Notes: generated by a model from the letters alone, not told the origin. A stretch of DNA of 39,307 bases from Candidatus Sericytochromatia bacterium (GCA_036703885.1 DATNQT010000016.1:1-39307), one strand, 5' to 3'. Shown: positions 8,995 through 17,731, counted from the first letter of the stretch. Numbers and translations: made by a program.

Positions 8995-10512
8995 TTAAAT
9001 AGGCTCGTGCAAGTGGTTGTCAACGGTTGAGAGATTCGTGTTGGGTCGGGTGTAATAACTGGCAATGATTGCGACCATCAGCCACCAAAGGGTGTTGACT
9101 TCGGGACGATACCAGACAGTGTCTACAAGACCGTGGGACAATATACCGAACATTCCCGCGATCGCTGCCAGGAGCCAGAATCCCTCGAGATTAGCGTTCG
9201 ACTGAGTTTCGACAAGCTCAACGTTCGGCTGAACGCTCACGTCGAAGCCTGCCGCGCGGACAGTGAGCTTGTCAAACTGCACGCCGAAGTCTGTCGCACG
9301 TACACGGCGCAATTGCTGTATTCCCTGGTTAAACGTCACAATCAGCAGCCAGAGGAAACAACAAAAGCCGATGAAACCCGTTTCTACCAGAACTTCCAGG
9401 AAGACGGAGTAGGCACTCAGAGCGCTAAAGCGAGCCTTCATGTACTGGGGATAGATTTTGTTGAAAGCCGTGTTGCCGGGACCGATGCCGAGAATCGGGC
9501 GATCGCGTATCATTTCGATAACAGATGACCAGACATTCGTCCGGAAGTTGTTACTGCTATCTTTACGACCTAAAAAGATACTAAGAAAGCGATCGCGCAC
9601 CGGTTCCACAAACAGGATTGCTAAAACAAATACTCCAGCGAAACCCCCTAACATCACTGGCATTGCCCAAGGACGCCACCTAGGAGGCAACTGAACGCTA
9701 TACCAGTACACCAGCAGCACCAATAAGACAAAAAGACAGACTACAAAGCCAATCCAGCCACCACGACTATAGGTCAAGATTAGACAAGCGCAATTGACAA
9801 TAAACATAATCGCCGCAAGAGCTTTGGGAAGCCACCTTTGCCAAACAAAGACAGCTGCAAAACTCAAGGCAATTGCTGGAATCAAATACCCAGCTAGTAA
9901 ATTGGGATTACCCAGATAGCTATAAACTCGTGTCAGCTTCGCTGTGGGTGATTCTGGGTCAACCCAAGTTGCCAGTTGTGCCGCCCCAAAACGCGACTGC
10001 CTTAGCCCGTAAACACTAACGATCAGGGAGATGTGGAGGAAGAGTCCAATGATTAAAGAACGAATGCGAGGCGATCGCAAAATCCGCGCCATCAAAGCAA
10101 ATAGCAGCAAATAAAGTGTCAGCTTCCCCAACCCTGTAGCCGCTGCCTTTTGTACTGGAGATAAGGCTGTTGCCACCGTAGAAATGCCCCAGTACAGCAG
10201 CACCATTAGATGAATAGGCGTTACCTTTAAAGGCAACCCTTGGGGATAAACCGTCTCATCCGATAGCGTTAACAACGCCCAAAAAGCCGCACACGCAAAT
10301 AATAAGACGCCGACTGAAGAATTAGAGATGAAAGGCGTCAGAGCAAACACCAATGCTACCAGCAAAGCTGCGATCGGCTCAGACCATTGCAGAAGCCAGC
10401 TATCTCGACGCCATGCTTGCAGCAATCCCACGACGCGATACAAATAGCTTGCACCTCGCCACTGATAGAGGTGCAGATTCGAGAGGGTAAACTGTTGCCA
10501 AACTGAGTTCAT
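8995..10512 (-). CDS. ictB: IctB-family membrane protein (O-antigen-ligase-like polytopic protein)
   Basis: Collinear with my recollection of Synechococcus PCC 7942 IctB. Shared strings include WSE..., TPIHLMVLLYWG, LGKLTLYLLLFAL, YSYLGNPNLLA, LTYSRGGW, GRKDSSNNFR, LGIGPGNTAFN and DTVWYRPE. Confidence 0.85.
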   Translation of the reverse strand: MNSVWQQFTLSNLHLYQWRGASYLYRVVGLLQAWRRDSWLLQWSEPIAALLVALVFALTPFISNSSVGVLLFACAAFWALLTLSDETVYPQGLPLKVTPIHLMVLLYWGISTVATALSPVQKAAATGLGKLTLYLLLFALMARILRSPRIRSLIIGLFLHISLIVSVYGLRQSRFGAAQLATWVDPESPTAKLTRVYSYLGNPNLLAGYLIPAIALSFAAVFVWQRWLPKALAAIMFIVNCACLILTYSRGGWIGFVVCLFVLLVLLVYWYSVQLPPRWRPWAMPVMLGGFAGVFVLAILFVEPVRDRFLSIFLGRKDSSNNFRTNVWSSVIEMIRDRPILGIGPGNTAFNKIYPQYMKARFSALSAYSVFLEVLVETGFIGFCCFLWLLIVTFNQGIQQLRRVRATDFGVQFDKLTVRAAGFDVSVQPNVELVETQSNANLEGFWLLAAIAGMFGILSHGLVDTVWYRPEVNTLWWLMVAIIASYYTRPNTNLSTVDNHLHEPI

Positions 10513-10591
10513 AAGTTATTTGTTGTGTGTTGTTTATTGGCTTTTCTTATAACCAATAACTCACAACCAAGAATTAAAACCGGACTCTAGA

Positions 10592-12205
10592 CTACAACCT
10601 TTCATCCACTGGCTCCAACACAGGTAAGCTAACAACATAGCGATAGCCTAACTCTAAGGAGCCTTGAACAGAAATTTGTCCTTTGTGTAATTCTGCCAAA
10701 TGACAGCTCAGTACTAACCCCAGACTCTGGCGAGAATCATCGTCCGTAGGTGTCTTGTTGAGTTCCTGCGTTAAAGTCAAGGCGGCTAAAAGAGAAGCTC
10801 CTGAGATTATCTGATTAACAGGTGGTTGGTAAGAACCCGAACCTAGTCCGTTGCTTCCGACCTCTTCAGTAATAGATGGGGTTTCTAAACTATCAGAAAT
10901 GGCCGCGGCGGACGGTGTGTTGATGCCCCCATACACCGGAGGTATACCATCTCCCAGCCAAGGGTGAGAAACCCAAACTGCGATCTTGAGTTTAGCGATT
11001 TTGCGAGAAACATGAACGCGAACTTCACCCCCCGCCTCAGCTGAGTGAATCACACTAAAGACCAAGTAGTACAACATTTGCCGCACCTTTTCTTTGTCTA
11101 GCAACCAGATGCGACTTCCAGGCTCTACTGATAAACGTATCTGCTGCTGCCTAGCTTGAGCCATCTCAAACAGGCTATTGATTGCCTGTTGACACAGCAT
11201 CTCGATATCTACAGATGCCAGACTAAGTTTTTCACTGGTTTCATCCAAAACACCAAGGGCAACAATTTCTTCCACTAGGGTTACCAGATACTGACCACTG
11301 CGATGGATGATTTCCAGATACTCTTTCTGTTTGTTGGTTAGAGGACCATAAACTTGGCGGGTTAGCACACTCGCCATCCCCATAACTGCCGTTAGGGGGG
11401 TTCGCAGTTCCTGTGTCAATTGCGTGAGCAATTTAACTTTAATGGAGTTAGTTGAGGCAACTGAACTAGATAAACCGTTGAGCTTGTTCTCAGTCTCTGT
11501 TTTGGAGTTGGACGCTTGTACTTGAGAGTAGGGAGCGACTGCTGGGGATTCAGAAAGCTGGTAGCAAGAACTCCTCTGCTCTTGTTTTAATAAACGATCG
11601 CGCTCATATTCACTCAGACTCCAGCGAGCTGTGAGCGCCAAGAAATCAAACTCTTTAGTGGTGAAGCCGCGTGGCTCCCAATCCATCACGGCTAGTGTTC
11701 CCATACACTGTCCGTTGCTCGTTAACAGGGGCGTACCCAAGTAGGCACGGATGCCGTAGTGCCCAACTAATAAACTGCTAGCGAATACAGGGTTAGTTGC
11801 CGTATCATGAATCGCCAAAGCCTGATGACTATCCACCACATAGGTGCAAAAGCTTTCAAAGCGGGGTAACTGACGTGAGTGTGCCAATTGATTCATTAAC
11901 CCGACTCTTGATAAACCAACAGCTGATTTGATCAGGAGCTGCTCTGAAGTCATCATACTTAAGATGCAGATGGGTGCATCCAAAAATTGGGCAGCAGTCT
12001 GAGTTGCTTCGTCAAAAACCGGGACGCTCTCGGCTTCTAGTAAACCTAGCTCCCTGAGAGTGCCAAGTCGTTTTTGTTCTCTTGCTACTGGTGTCAAGCC
12101 ATCCAAACGACAAAAAATTCTATTTTCCAGGTTTGCCATAACAACCCCTACCCCCATACGTACTGCTTGCATCACATTTTTTCGTGCTGAAGTGTTACCT
12201 CTCAT
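10592..12205 (-). CDS. GAF-domain protein with degenerate histidine-kinase core (predicted pseudokinase)
   Basis: N-terminal GAF (LGLLEAESVPVFDEAT.., YLGTPLLTSNGQCMGTLAVMD). The H-box reads LTQELRTPL instead of SHELRTPL. The C-terminal HATPase-like region keeps only SLGLVLS..LHKGQISVQ. Start uncertain, with several Met in the first 23 codons. Confidence 0.75.
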   Translation of the reverse strand: MRGNTSARKNVMQAVRMGVGVVMANLENRIFCRLDGLTPVAREQKRLGTLRELGLLEAESVPVFDEATQTAAQFLDAPICILSMMTSEQLLIKSAVGLSRVGLMNQLAHSRQLPRFESFCTYVVDSHQALAIHDTATNPVFASSLLVGHYGIRAYLGTPLLTSNGQCMGTLAVMDWEPRGFTTKEFDFLALTARWSLSEYERDRLLKQEQRSSCYQLSESPAVAPYSQVQASNSKTETENKLNGLSSSVASTNSIKVKLLTQLTQELRTPLTAVMGMASVLTRQVYGPLTNKQKEYLEIIHRSGQYLVTLVEEIVALGVLDETSEKLSLASVDIEMLCQQAINSLFEMAQARQQQIRLSVEPGSRIWLLDKEKVRQMLYYLVFSVIHSAEAGGEVRVHVSRKIAKLKIAVWVSHPWLGDGIPPVYGGINTPSAAAISDSLETPSITEEVGSNGLGSGSYQPPVNQIISGASLLAALTLTQELNKTPTDDDSRQSLGLVLSCHLAELHKGQISVQGSLELGYRYVVSLPVLEPVDERL

Positions 12206-12298
12206 ACATAAAGTTCCCTAATAACAACCCAGAACTCACACTTGTTAGTAGTGAGTACTGAGTGCAAGATGTGAGAAAACAGACTTTTGACCAAGAAA

Positions 12299-12348
12299 GG
12301 CAGACGACAGAGGGCAGAAGGCTTGTTTTATGCCCTCTGCCGTCTGTC
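12299..12348 (-). terminator. long hairpin downstream of gun4, built from inverted heptamer arrays
   Basis: GGCAGACGACAGAGGGCA (12299..12316) pairs with TGCCCTCTGCCGTCTGTC (12331..12348). That is 18 bp with 1 mismatch and 1 G-T pair, and a 14-nt loop. On the minus strand it is followed by tttcttggtc. Confidence 0.45.
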
Positions 12349-12444
12349 TTCTGGCGACGCATTCGGAGCAAGGGTATCAAGCCTCTAGTGAACTTCGTTC
12401 AGTGGCTCGTATCGACGGAGGGGTCCCAATCCCATAATAGAAGA

Positions 12445-12476
12445 CTGCCTTCTGCCTCCTGCCTCCTGCCTTCTTC
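12445..12476. repeat. heptamer tandem array (CTGCCTY)n
   Basis: The sequence reads ctgccttctgcctcctgcctcctgccttcttc. The same family occurs at 34635..34672 and, inverted, at 38581..38608. Confidence 0.85.
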
Positions 12477-12555
12477 AAAGCTTTTTGGAATAATGAAGGC
12501 TCTTGAAGATTCCCTATCTCTTCCTTTTCCCTCCCCTTGTCCGCTCCTGTTACCC

Positions 12556-13290
12556 TTACTCTGAACTTTTGCTTGTCCAAGCTGGGTGAGAGAGTAAAGA
12601 GGCAATCACCCGAACACCCCGCAACTGGTTAGAAAGGGGCAGATGACCTCTAGGGGCACTGAGATTCCAAGTAAACTGGTGAGGGTATCGAGTCCAGTTG
12701 TTCTCGGTCTTCCAGCCGATTTGATTCCAAAGCTTTTCCCAATTTTTACTTAAGGAGAGCCAAAGCTCACGCTGCACGGAATATCCAAATTTGCCTTGAG
12801 AGTGAACCAGCCACAGAGTATTAATGGTTTGCAAATCAGTAATGGGGAAGTTCTCGACTTCAGAAAAATACAGCCATTTTCTCTGCACTGCCCCGGGTCC
12901 TGCTAACTCACAGAGTTTTTCCTGGGTCAGACGGTCAGCGGCAAGAAAGTCTTGCTTGACGAGTAGCTGTTGTAGGGGAGTGTAGTCAATACCGCTCTCA
13001 GAGTCTAGGGGTACGATCCCGGTGGGAAAATGAGTTTGGAGAAATTCTTTGATGCTTGGTGTATCAGCGTCGTAGAGGGCTTGATAGGTAACACCTGCAA
13101 TGAGATCGGCGGAAGTTGACCGTCGCTCTTTTAAAATTTTCATTAAGACTTCTAAACCAGCATCGCCCAGGCTCACCAGTTCTGGAATCAACTGGAGTTG
13201 TTTTTTTTCAGTACTAGACTGAAACTGGCGTACCAGTTCGGCAATCTTGCTCGAATCTTCTGTTGCTGAGGCAGTTGTTTGGTCTGTCAT
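12556..13290 (-). CDS. gun4: GUN4-domain protein (Ycf53-like, Mg-chelatase activator family)
   Basis: Motifs FLAADRLTQEKLCELAG, WLYFSEVENFPITDLQTINTLW, GKFGYSVQ, GHLPLSNQLRG and LLSHPAW. The longest ORF starts at 13356. ATG 13290 (MTDQTT) removes an implausible leader. Confidence 0.8.
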   Translation of the reverse strand: MTDQTTASATEDSSKIAELVRQFQSSTEKKQLQLIPELVSLGDAGLEVLMKILKERRSTSADLIAGVTYQALYDADTPSIKEFLQTHFPTGIVPLDSESGIDYTPLQQLLVKQDFLAADRLTQEKLCELAGPGAVQRKWLYFSEVENFPITDLQTINTLWLVHSQGKFGYSVQRELWLSLSKNWEKLWNQIGWKTENNWTRYPHQFTWNLSAPRGHLPLSNQLRGVRVIASLLSHPAWTSKSSE

Positions 13291-13383
13291 GAAGCGGCTT
13301 GACGAGAGGTTGCGGCAATAGATTAATTGTGGGGGAGGAAGCAGCAGCCACAACAAAATTCTGTACGAGACTGAACGAGTATT

Positions 13384-13896
13384 CTAGAGTGACTCCGTCC
13401 GAGCCTGGAGGATACGGTTAATCAGGGTTGTGGTTGAGGTTTGTACTTCTACTTTCACTAACTCAATGCGCCCCCCGTAGGCTTGAACAACGGGTGCTTC
13501 TGGTAGTGTTGATTGGCTGTAGTCGCCCCCTTTTACATAAACATCTGGCTGAAGTGCTTGAATTAAACGAGTGGCTGTGGTTTCAGAGAAAATCACGACG
13601 GCATCTACAGGTTTGAGGCTGGCGAGAACTTCTGCCCGTTGGGCTTCGGGAACAAGTGGTCGCGGCGGAAATCCTGGTTTGTTAGGCTTAATCGTTTTTA
13701 TTGACTGATCGCTATTTAATCCTACAACGAGTGATCGTCCCAAGGATTTGGCAACCTGTAAATACCGCACATGACCAGCGTGCATCAGGTCGAAGCAGCC
13801 GTTAGTAAATACCAGCGGTCGCCATTGCTCTGGGTTTAACGCGATCGCTTGTTGCAGTTCGCTCAAGCTATATGTGCCGGGGATCGTTAAGGTCAT
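13384..13896 (-). CDS. cytidylyltransferase-fold protein, RfaE/HldE domain II-like (D-beta-D-heptose 1-phosphate adenylyltransferase-like)
   Basis: Nucleotidyltransferase HxGH motif in TNGCFDLMHAGHVRYL. Also VVGLNSD, KGGDY and the C-terminal TSTTTLINRI (ISST-type motif). Confidence 0.75.
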   Translation of the reverse strand: MTLTIPGTYSLSELQQAIALNPEQWRPLVFTNGCFDLMHAGHVRYLQVAKSLGRSLVVGLNSDQSIKTIKPNKPGFPPRPLVPEAQRAEVLASLKPVDAVVIFSETTATRLIQALQPDVYVKGGDYSQSTLPEAPVVQAYGGRIELVKVEVQTSTTTLINRILQARTESL

Positions 13897-13930
13897 TGGT
13901 TATTGGTCATTAGTCATTGGTCATTGATTG
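13893..13930. repeat. STRR2-type heptamer array (TTGGTCA / TTAGTCA)
   Basis: The sequence reads tcattggttattggtcattagtcattggtcattgattg. It overlaps the start codon of the 13384..13896 gene. Confidence 0.85.
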
Positions 13931-13952
13931 TTTCCCCATATCCCTATCCTCC

Positions 13953-14663
13953 TCACTCTTCTGGGGGTGACTGGTATCCCTGTTCATAGGCAAAGCGCAC
14001 CAGTTGAGAGCGATTCTCTAGTTGCAGCTTATTAAGGATACGACTCAGATGAGTCTGAACGGTACGCGGACTGATAAATAAGCGTTCGCTAATTTGCTTA
14101 TTGGTCAATCCCTGAATCACTTCCCAAAATACTCGTTCTTCTGCCGGGGTCAAAGGCAAGGGAGTAAGTGTTAGGGCTTCTTCTTCATTATCTGAAAGTT
14201 CGCTGGATTCTAGGGTTAAAGATTTTGTCACGGGTTGGCTTGTACTCGAACCGGCTGCCAACTGCATTAACCGGACAATCTCCGAATGGATACGACGCGA
14301 TCGCTCTAGCTGTGCCTCAATTTTTGCTACTAATTCTCTAGGGTCAACAGGTTTAGTCAAATAATCATCCGCTCCGATTGAGTGTCCGTGAATTCGGTCT
14401 TCTATTTCTCCTTTACCTGACAAAAAGATAAAGGGCATTAGTTGACCGGAAGGAGTGCTTCGTAGACGGCGGCAAAATTCTAGACCGTCCATCTCTGGCA
14501 TCATTACATCAGACACCACTAAATCTGGGGGATTTTTGGCTACAGCGCTCAGGGCTTCATCTCCAGAAGTCACTTGTTCAACTTGGTATCCTCGATTTTC
14601 AAGGTAGCGCGTCAAGACAGTACGCATAGTTCTATCGTCATCAACGATTAATATTTTTTTCAT
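13953..14663 (-). CDS. response regulator, REC + LuxR/NarL-type HTH
   Basis: REC domain: KILIVDDD, DLVVSDVMMPEMDG, ADDYLTKP. C-terminal HTH: LTPAEERVFWEVIQGLTNKQISERLFISPRTVQTHLSRILNKL. Confidence 0.85.
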   Translation of the reverse strand: MKKILIVDDDRTMRTVLTRYLENRGYQVEQVTSGDEALSAVAKNPPDLVVSDVMMPEMDGLEFCRRLRSTPSGQLMPFIFLSGKGEIEDRIHGHSIGADDYLTKPVDPRELVAKIEAQLERSRRIHSEIVRLMQLAAGSSTSQPVTKSLTLESSELSDNEEEALTLTPLPLTPAEERVFWEVIQGLTNKQISERLFISPRTVQTHLSRILNKLQLENRSQLVRFAYEQGYQSPPEE

Positions 14664-15302
14664 CGTTCTTTTAGAGCCACCTTACCTGCCAGATCTTCGA
14701 GCTGATGGGAATTTAATTTATCGGCTTCAGAGCTGTTTACCAAAATTTGAGTCAATAACCTTGACAACGCAACCAATGAAGAGTAAGCACTATACCCATA
14801 AGGCAAGATCAAACATTTAGTATTATCAAATTTATGTCTATTCTGTCACTTGCAATCATAGGCAGTGTCAAGGGTAGTTCAACAAGTAGTAGCGATTTCG
14901 GGAAAGTTGAGAAAGGACGACTCTGAACGGGAAGGCTCAGTGAGTGCCTAGGGTGCGAGTGCGACCATCAATAAGTGTTGTAGGCATCTAGCTAAACCAG
15001 AAGTGCCCTTCTAGCTATATGCCTCACTGGTTTACAGAGACCGCAACCTCGCTATTGTTTGGTTACACAAGCGAAATAATAATTGGGATGCGATCGCTTT
15101 TTGAGGAAAGCGACATGGAGATTGCATCCGTTAGCCTAGCGCTTCAACGCTAGACTAACACCCTGTTTCGTTCTATGCACTTTTGGGATACTTCCTTCAG
15201 GATAATGGCTGATTTTAGACACCGCTTCAAATCTGCATCGACTTGCTTAAAATTTTTTAGTTCAAATATCTTCTATCCTTAGGCATAAATTATTCGTAGT
15301 CA

Positions 15303-15316
15303 GTAATTTGTCCTAC
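15303..15316. promoter_or_regulatory. candidate NtcA box GTAN8TAC upstream of icd
   Basis: GTAATTTGTCCTAC fits the consensus perfectly and ends 145 nt upstream of the icd ATG. I found no clean TAN3T -10 box at the canonical 22-nt spacing. Confidence 0.35.
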
Positions 15317-15460
15317 CGTTATCATTAGTTCTGGGTCATTAACTCTTTGTTAGTAGTAAAAAAGACTAATCAGGAAGGACATCGAGCCGAATATATAAAA
15401 GCGTTAAGTTATCTTTTGTACAAACCCTTAACCTAATCTAGACTGATCTGACGAAGCTCT

Positions 15461-16885
15461 ATGTACGAGAAAATCACACCGCCGGATACTGGGTCTGCCG
15501 TTACCTTTAAAGATGGGGAACCTATTGTTCCCGATAATCCGATTATTCCTTTCATTCGTGGCGATGGTACGGGTGTCGATATCTGGCCGGCTGCCCAGAA
15601 GGTGATTGACGCTGCTGTCCAAGCTGCCTACGGCGACAAGCGTGTCATTAGCTGGTTCAAAATCTATGCTGGGGACGAAGCTTGCGACCTATACGGCACT
15701 TACCAATATTTACCCCAAGACACTCTACAAGCGATTAAAGAATACGGCATTGCTATCAAAGGACCGCTAACAACACCCGTAGGGGGTGGTATTCGTTCGC
15801 TGAACGTCGCTCTGCGCCAAATTAACGACCTCTATGCCTGTGTTCGTCCTTGTAAGTACTATGCAGGAACCCCCTCGCCTCACAAAACCCCTGAAAAACT
15901 GGATGTCATTATCTACCGGGAAAATACAGAAGACATCTACCTAGGCATTGAGTGGCGTCAAGGTAGCGAAATTGGAGACAAACTCATTTCGCTGCTCAAT
16001 AATGAGCTAATTCCGGCAACCCCAGAACATGGGAAAAAGCAGATTCCGCTCGATTCTGGGATTGGCATTAAGCCGATTAGTAAAACTGGATCGCAACGCC
16101 TAGTGCGCCGCGCTATGCAACACGCCCTCCGCTTACCCAAAGCCAAGCAGCAAGTTACCTTGGTGCATAAGGGCAACATTATGAAGTACACTGAAGGCGC
16201 TTTTCGGGACTGGGGTTATGAGCTAGCTATCACTGAGTTTCGGAATCAATGTGTTACGGAACGAGAATCTTGGATTCTCAGCAACAAAGAAAAAAATCCA
16301 GACATTAGCTTGGAAGACAATGCTCGTCAGATCGAACCGGGTTACGATGCTTTGACGCCGGAGAAACGCGCGGAGATAGACCGTGAAGTCGAAGGCGTCC
16401 TCCGGGCGATATGGGATACTCACGGCAAGGGGCAGTGGAAAGAGAAGGTGATGGTCAATGACCGGATTGCTGATAGCATTTTCCAACAAATCCAAACTCG
16501 ACCGGATGAGTACTCGATTCTCGCCACAATGAACCTGAATGGAGATTACCTATCCGATGCGGCCGCTGCGATTGTCGGTGGGTTGGGGATGGGACCAGGA
16601 GCAAATATTGGTGACACTTGTGCAATTTTTGAGGCAACCCACGGCACTGCACCCAAGCACGCTGGTTTAGATCGAATCAACCCTGGCTCGGTTATTTTGT
16701 CGGGGGTGATGATGCTGGAGTTTATGGGTTGGCAGGAAGCTGCCGATCTGATTAAGCAGGGAATCGGGGGAGCGATCGCTAATCGACAAGTGACCTACGA
16801 TTTAGCCCGATTGATGACTCCACCTGTCGATCCACCGCTAAAGTGTTCTGAGTTTGCCGAGGCAATCATTAAGAACTTCAAATAG
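15461..16885 (+). CDS. icd: NADP-dependent isocitrate dehydrogenase
   Basis: N-terminus [24 protein letters not shown] matches cyanobacterial Icd. Also [38 protein letters not shown] and EATHGTAPK. Confidence 0.95.
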   Translation: MYEKITPPDTGSAVTFKDGEPIVPDNPIIPFIRGDGTGVDIWPAAQKVIDAAVQAAYGDKRVISWFKIYAGDEACDLYGTYQYLPQDTLQAIKEYGIAIKGPLTTPVGGGIRSLNVALRQINDLYACVRPCKYYAGTPSPHKTPEKLDVIIYRENTEDIYLGIEWRQGSEIGDKLISLLNNELIPATPEHGKKQIPLDSGIGIKPISKTGSQRLVRRAMQHALRLPKAKQQVTLVHKGNIMKYTEGAFRDWGYELAITEFRNQCVTERESWILSNKEKNPDISLEDNARQIEPGYDALTPEKRAEIDREVEGVLRAIWDTHGKGQWKEKVMVNDRIADSIFQQIQTRPDEYSILATMNLNGDYLSDAAAAIVGGLGMGPGANIGDTCAIFEATHGTAPKHAGLDRINPGSVILSGVMMLEFMGWQEAADLIKQGIGGAIANRQVTYDLARLMTPPVDPPLKCSEFAEAIIKNFK

Positions 16886-16950
16886 TCATTGTTATTAGTC
16901 ATTGGTCATTAGTCATTGGTTAATGATTGATGACTGATGACTGATGACAC
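16885..16950. repeat. two inverted STRR2-type heptamer arrays between convergent icd and lptB (probable bidirectional terminator hairpin)
   Basis: gtcattgttattagtcattggtcattagtcattgg is followed by taatgattgatgactgatgactgatgac. The arms are imperfectly complementary, with many G-T pairs. Confidence 0.7.
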
Positions 16951-17002
16951 AAATGACAGCCGATAAGCGAGTGATTAAATAAACTTGAGATGCGAGACTT
17001 CT

Positions 17003-17731
17003 TCATCGCTGGAATTCATCTCCCAGGTAGTATTGCCGTACTAAGGGGTTGTTGTAAAGTTCTTCGGCACTGCCAGCGGCGAGGATTTGTCCATCTCGCA
17101 TAATGTAGGCGCGATCGGTGATTGCTAGGGTTTCTCGAACATTGTGGTCGGTAATCAAAATTCCCATGTAGCGATCGCGCAATCCCGCAATGATTTTTTG
17201 AATCTCTGCCACGGCAATTGGGTCAACACCTGCAAAGGGTTCGTCTAAAAGTAAAAATTTCGGTCCCTCTACACCAGAAGCTAAGGATCTTGCCAGTTCT
17301 GTCCGGCGTCGCTCTCCTCCAGACACCTGATTACCTTTGGTATAAGCAACTTTTTCTAAGCGAAACTCTTGCAGTAAGTTACGTAATCGCAATCGCCACT
17401 CATTTCGAGGCACGCCAGTTTGCTCTAGCACCAATTGAATATTGTCGCGAACGCTGAGATGGCGGAAAATGCTGGCTTCCTGAGCAAGATACCCAATTCC
17501 TAGATGCGCTCGCTGATTCATCGGCATCTGTGTGATGTCCAGTTCGTCCAGCCACACTGTTCCTTCGTTAGGTTTTTCTAACCCAGTTGCGATGTAAAAT
17601 GTTGTCGTTTTACCAGCCCCATTGGGACCTAGGAGTCCGACAATTTCTCCTTGCGCCACTGAGACGTTGACGCGATTAACAATTGCCCGCTTTCCATAGG
17701 ACTTATGGATATTTTCCAGGACAATTTTCAC
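17003..17731 (-). CDS. lptB: LPS export ABC transporter ATP-binding protein LptB
   Basis: Walker A GPNGAGKTT, signature VSGGERRR, Walker B LLLDEPFAGVDP and H-loop ITDHN. The longest ORF reaches 17827, but codons 1-32 translate a heptamer repeat. GTG 17731 (VKIVLENI) has AGGAG 10 nt upstream. Confidence 0.9.
   Translation of the reverse strand: MKIVLENIHKSYGKRAIVNRVNVSVAQGEIVGLLGPNGAGKTTTFYIATGLEKPNEGTVWLDELDITQMPMNQRAHLGIGYLAQEASIFRHLSVRDNIQLVLEQTGVPRNEWRLRLRNLLQEFRLEKVAYTKGNQVSGGERRRTELARSLASGVEGPKFLLLDEPFAGVDPIAVAEIQKIIAGLRDRYMGILITDHNVRETLAITDRAYIMRDGQILAAGSAEELYNNPLVRQYYLGDEFQR

Noticed and set aside
12262-12605. Three overlapping ORFs (12262..12564 +, 12377..12580 -, 12399..12605 -) between the pseudokinase and gun4
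   Set aside because: They run through the heptamer arrays and the long hairpin. Their peptides are low-complexity repeat translations (PSASCLLPSS, RRQEAEGS), and two of them overlap the gun4 3' end.
15100-15125. GAGGAAAG string and nearby stems considered as RNase P RNA, tmRNA or SRP RNA
   Set aside because: The continuation (GAGGAAAGCGAC) does not match the RNase P P4 consensus GAGGAAAGTCCGG. No tRNA-like 3' end or SRP domain IV motif is present. I found no tRNA T-arm signature (GGTTCGAATCC type) anywhere in the window.
15408-15421. Second NtcA-like box GTTATCTTTTGTAC 40 nt upstream of the icd ATG
   Set aside because: It deviates from GTAN8TAC. A -10 box at the proper spacing would leave almost no leader. 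I kept only the perfect box at 15303..15316, itself at low confidence.
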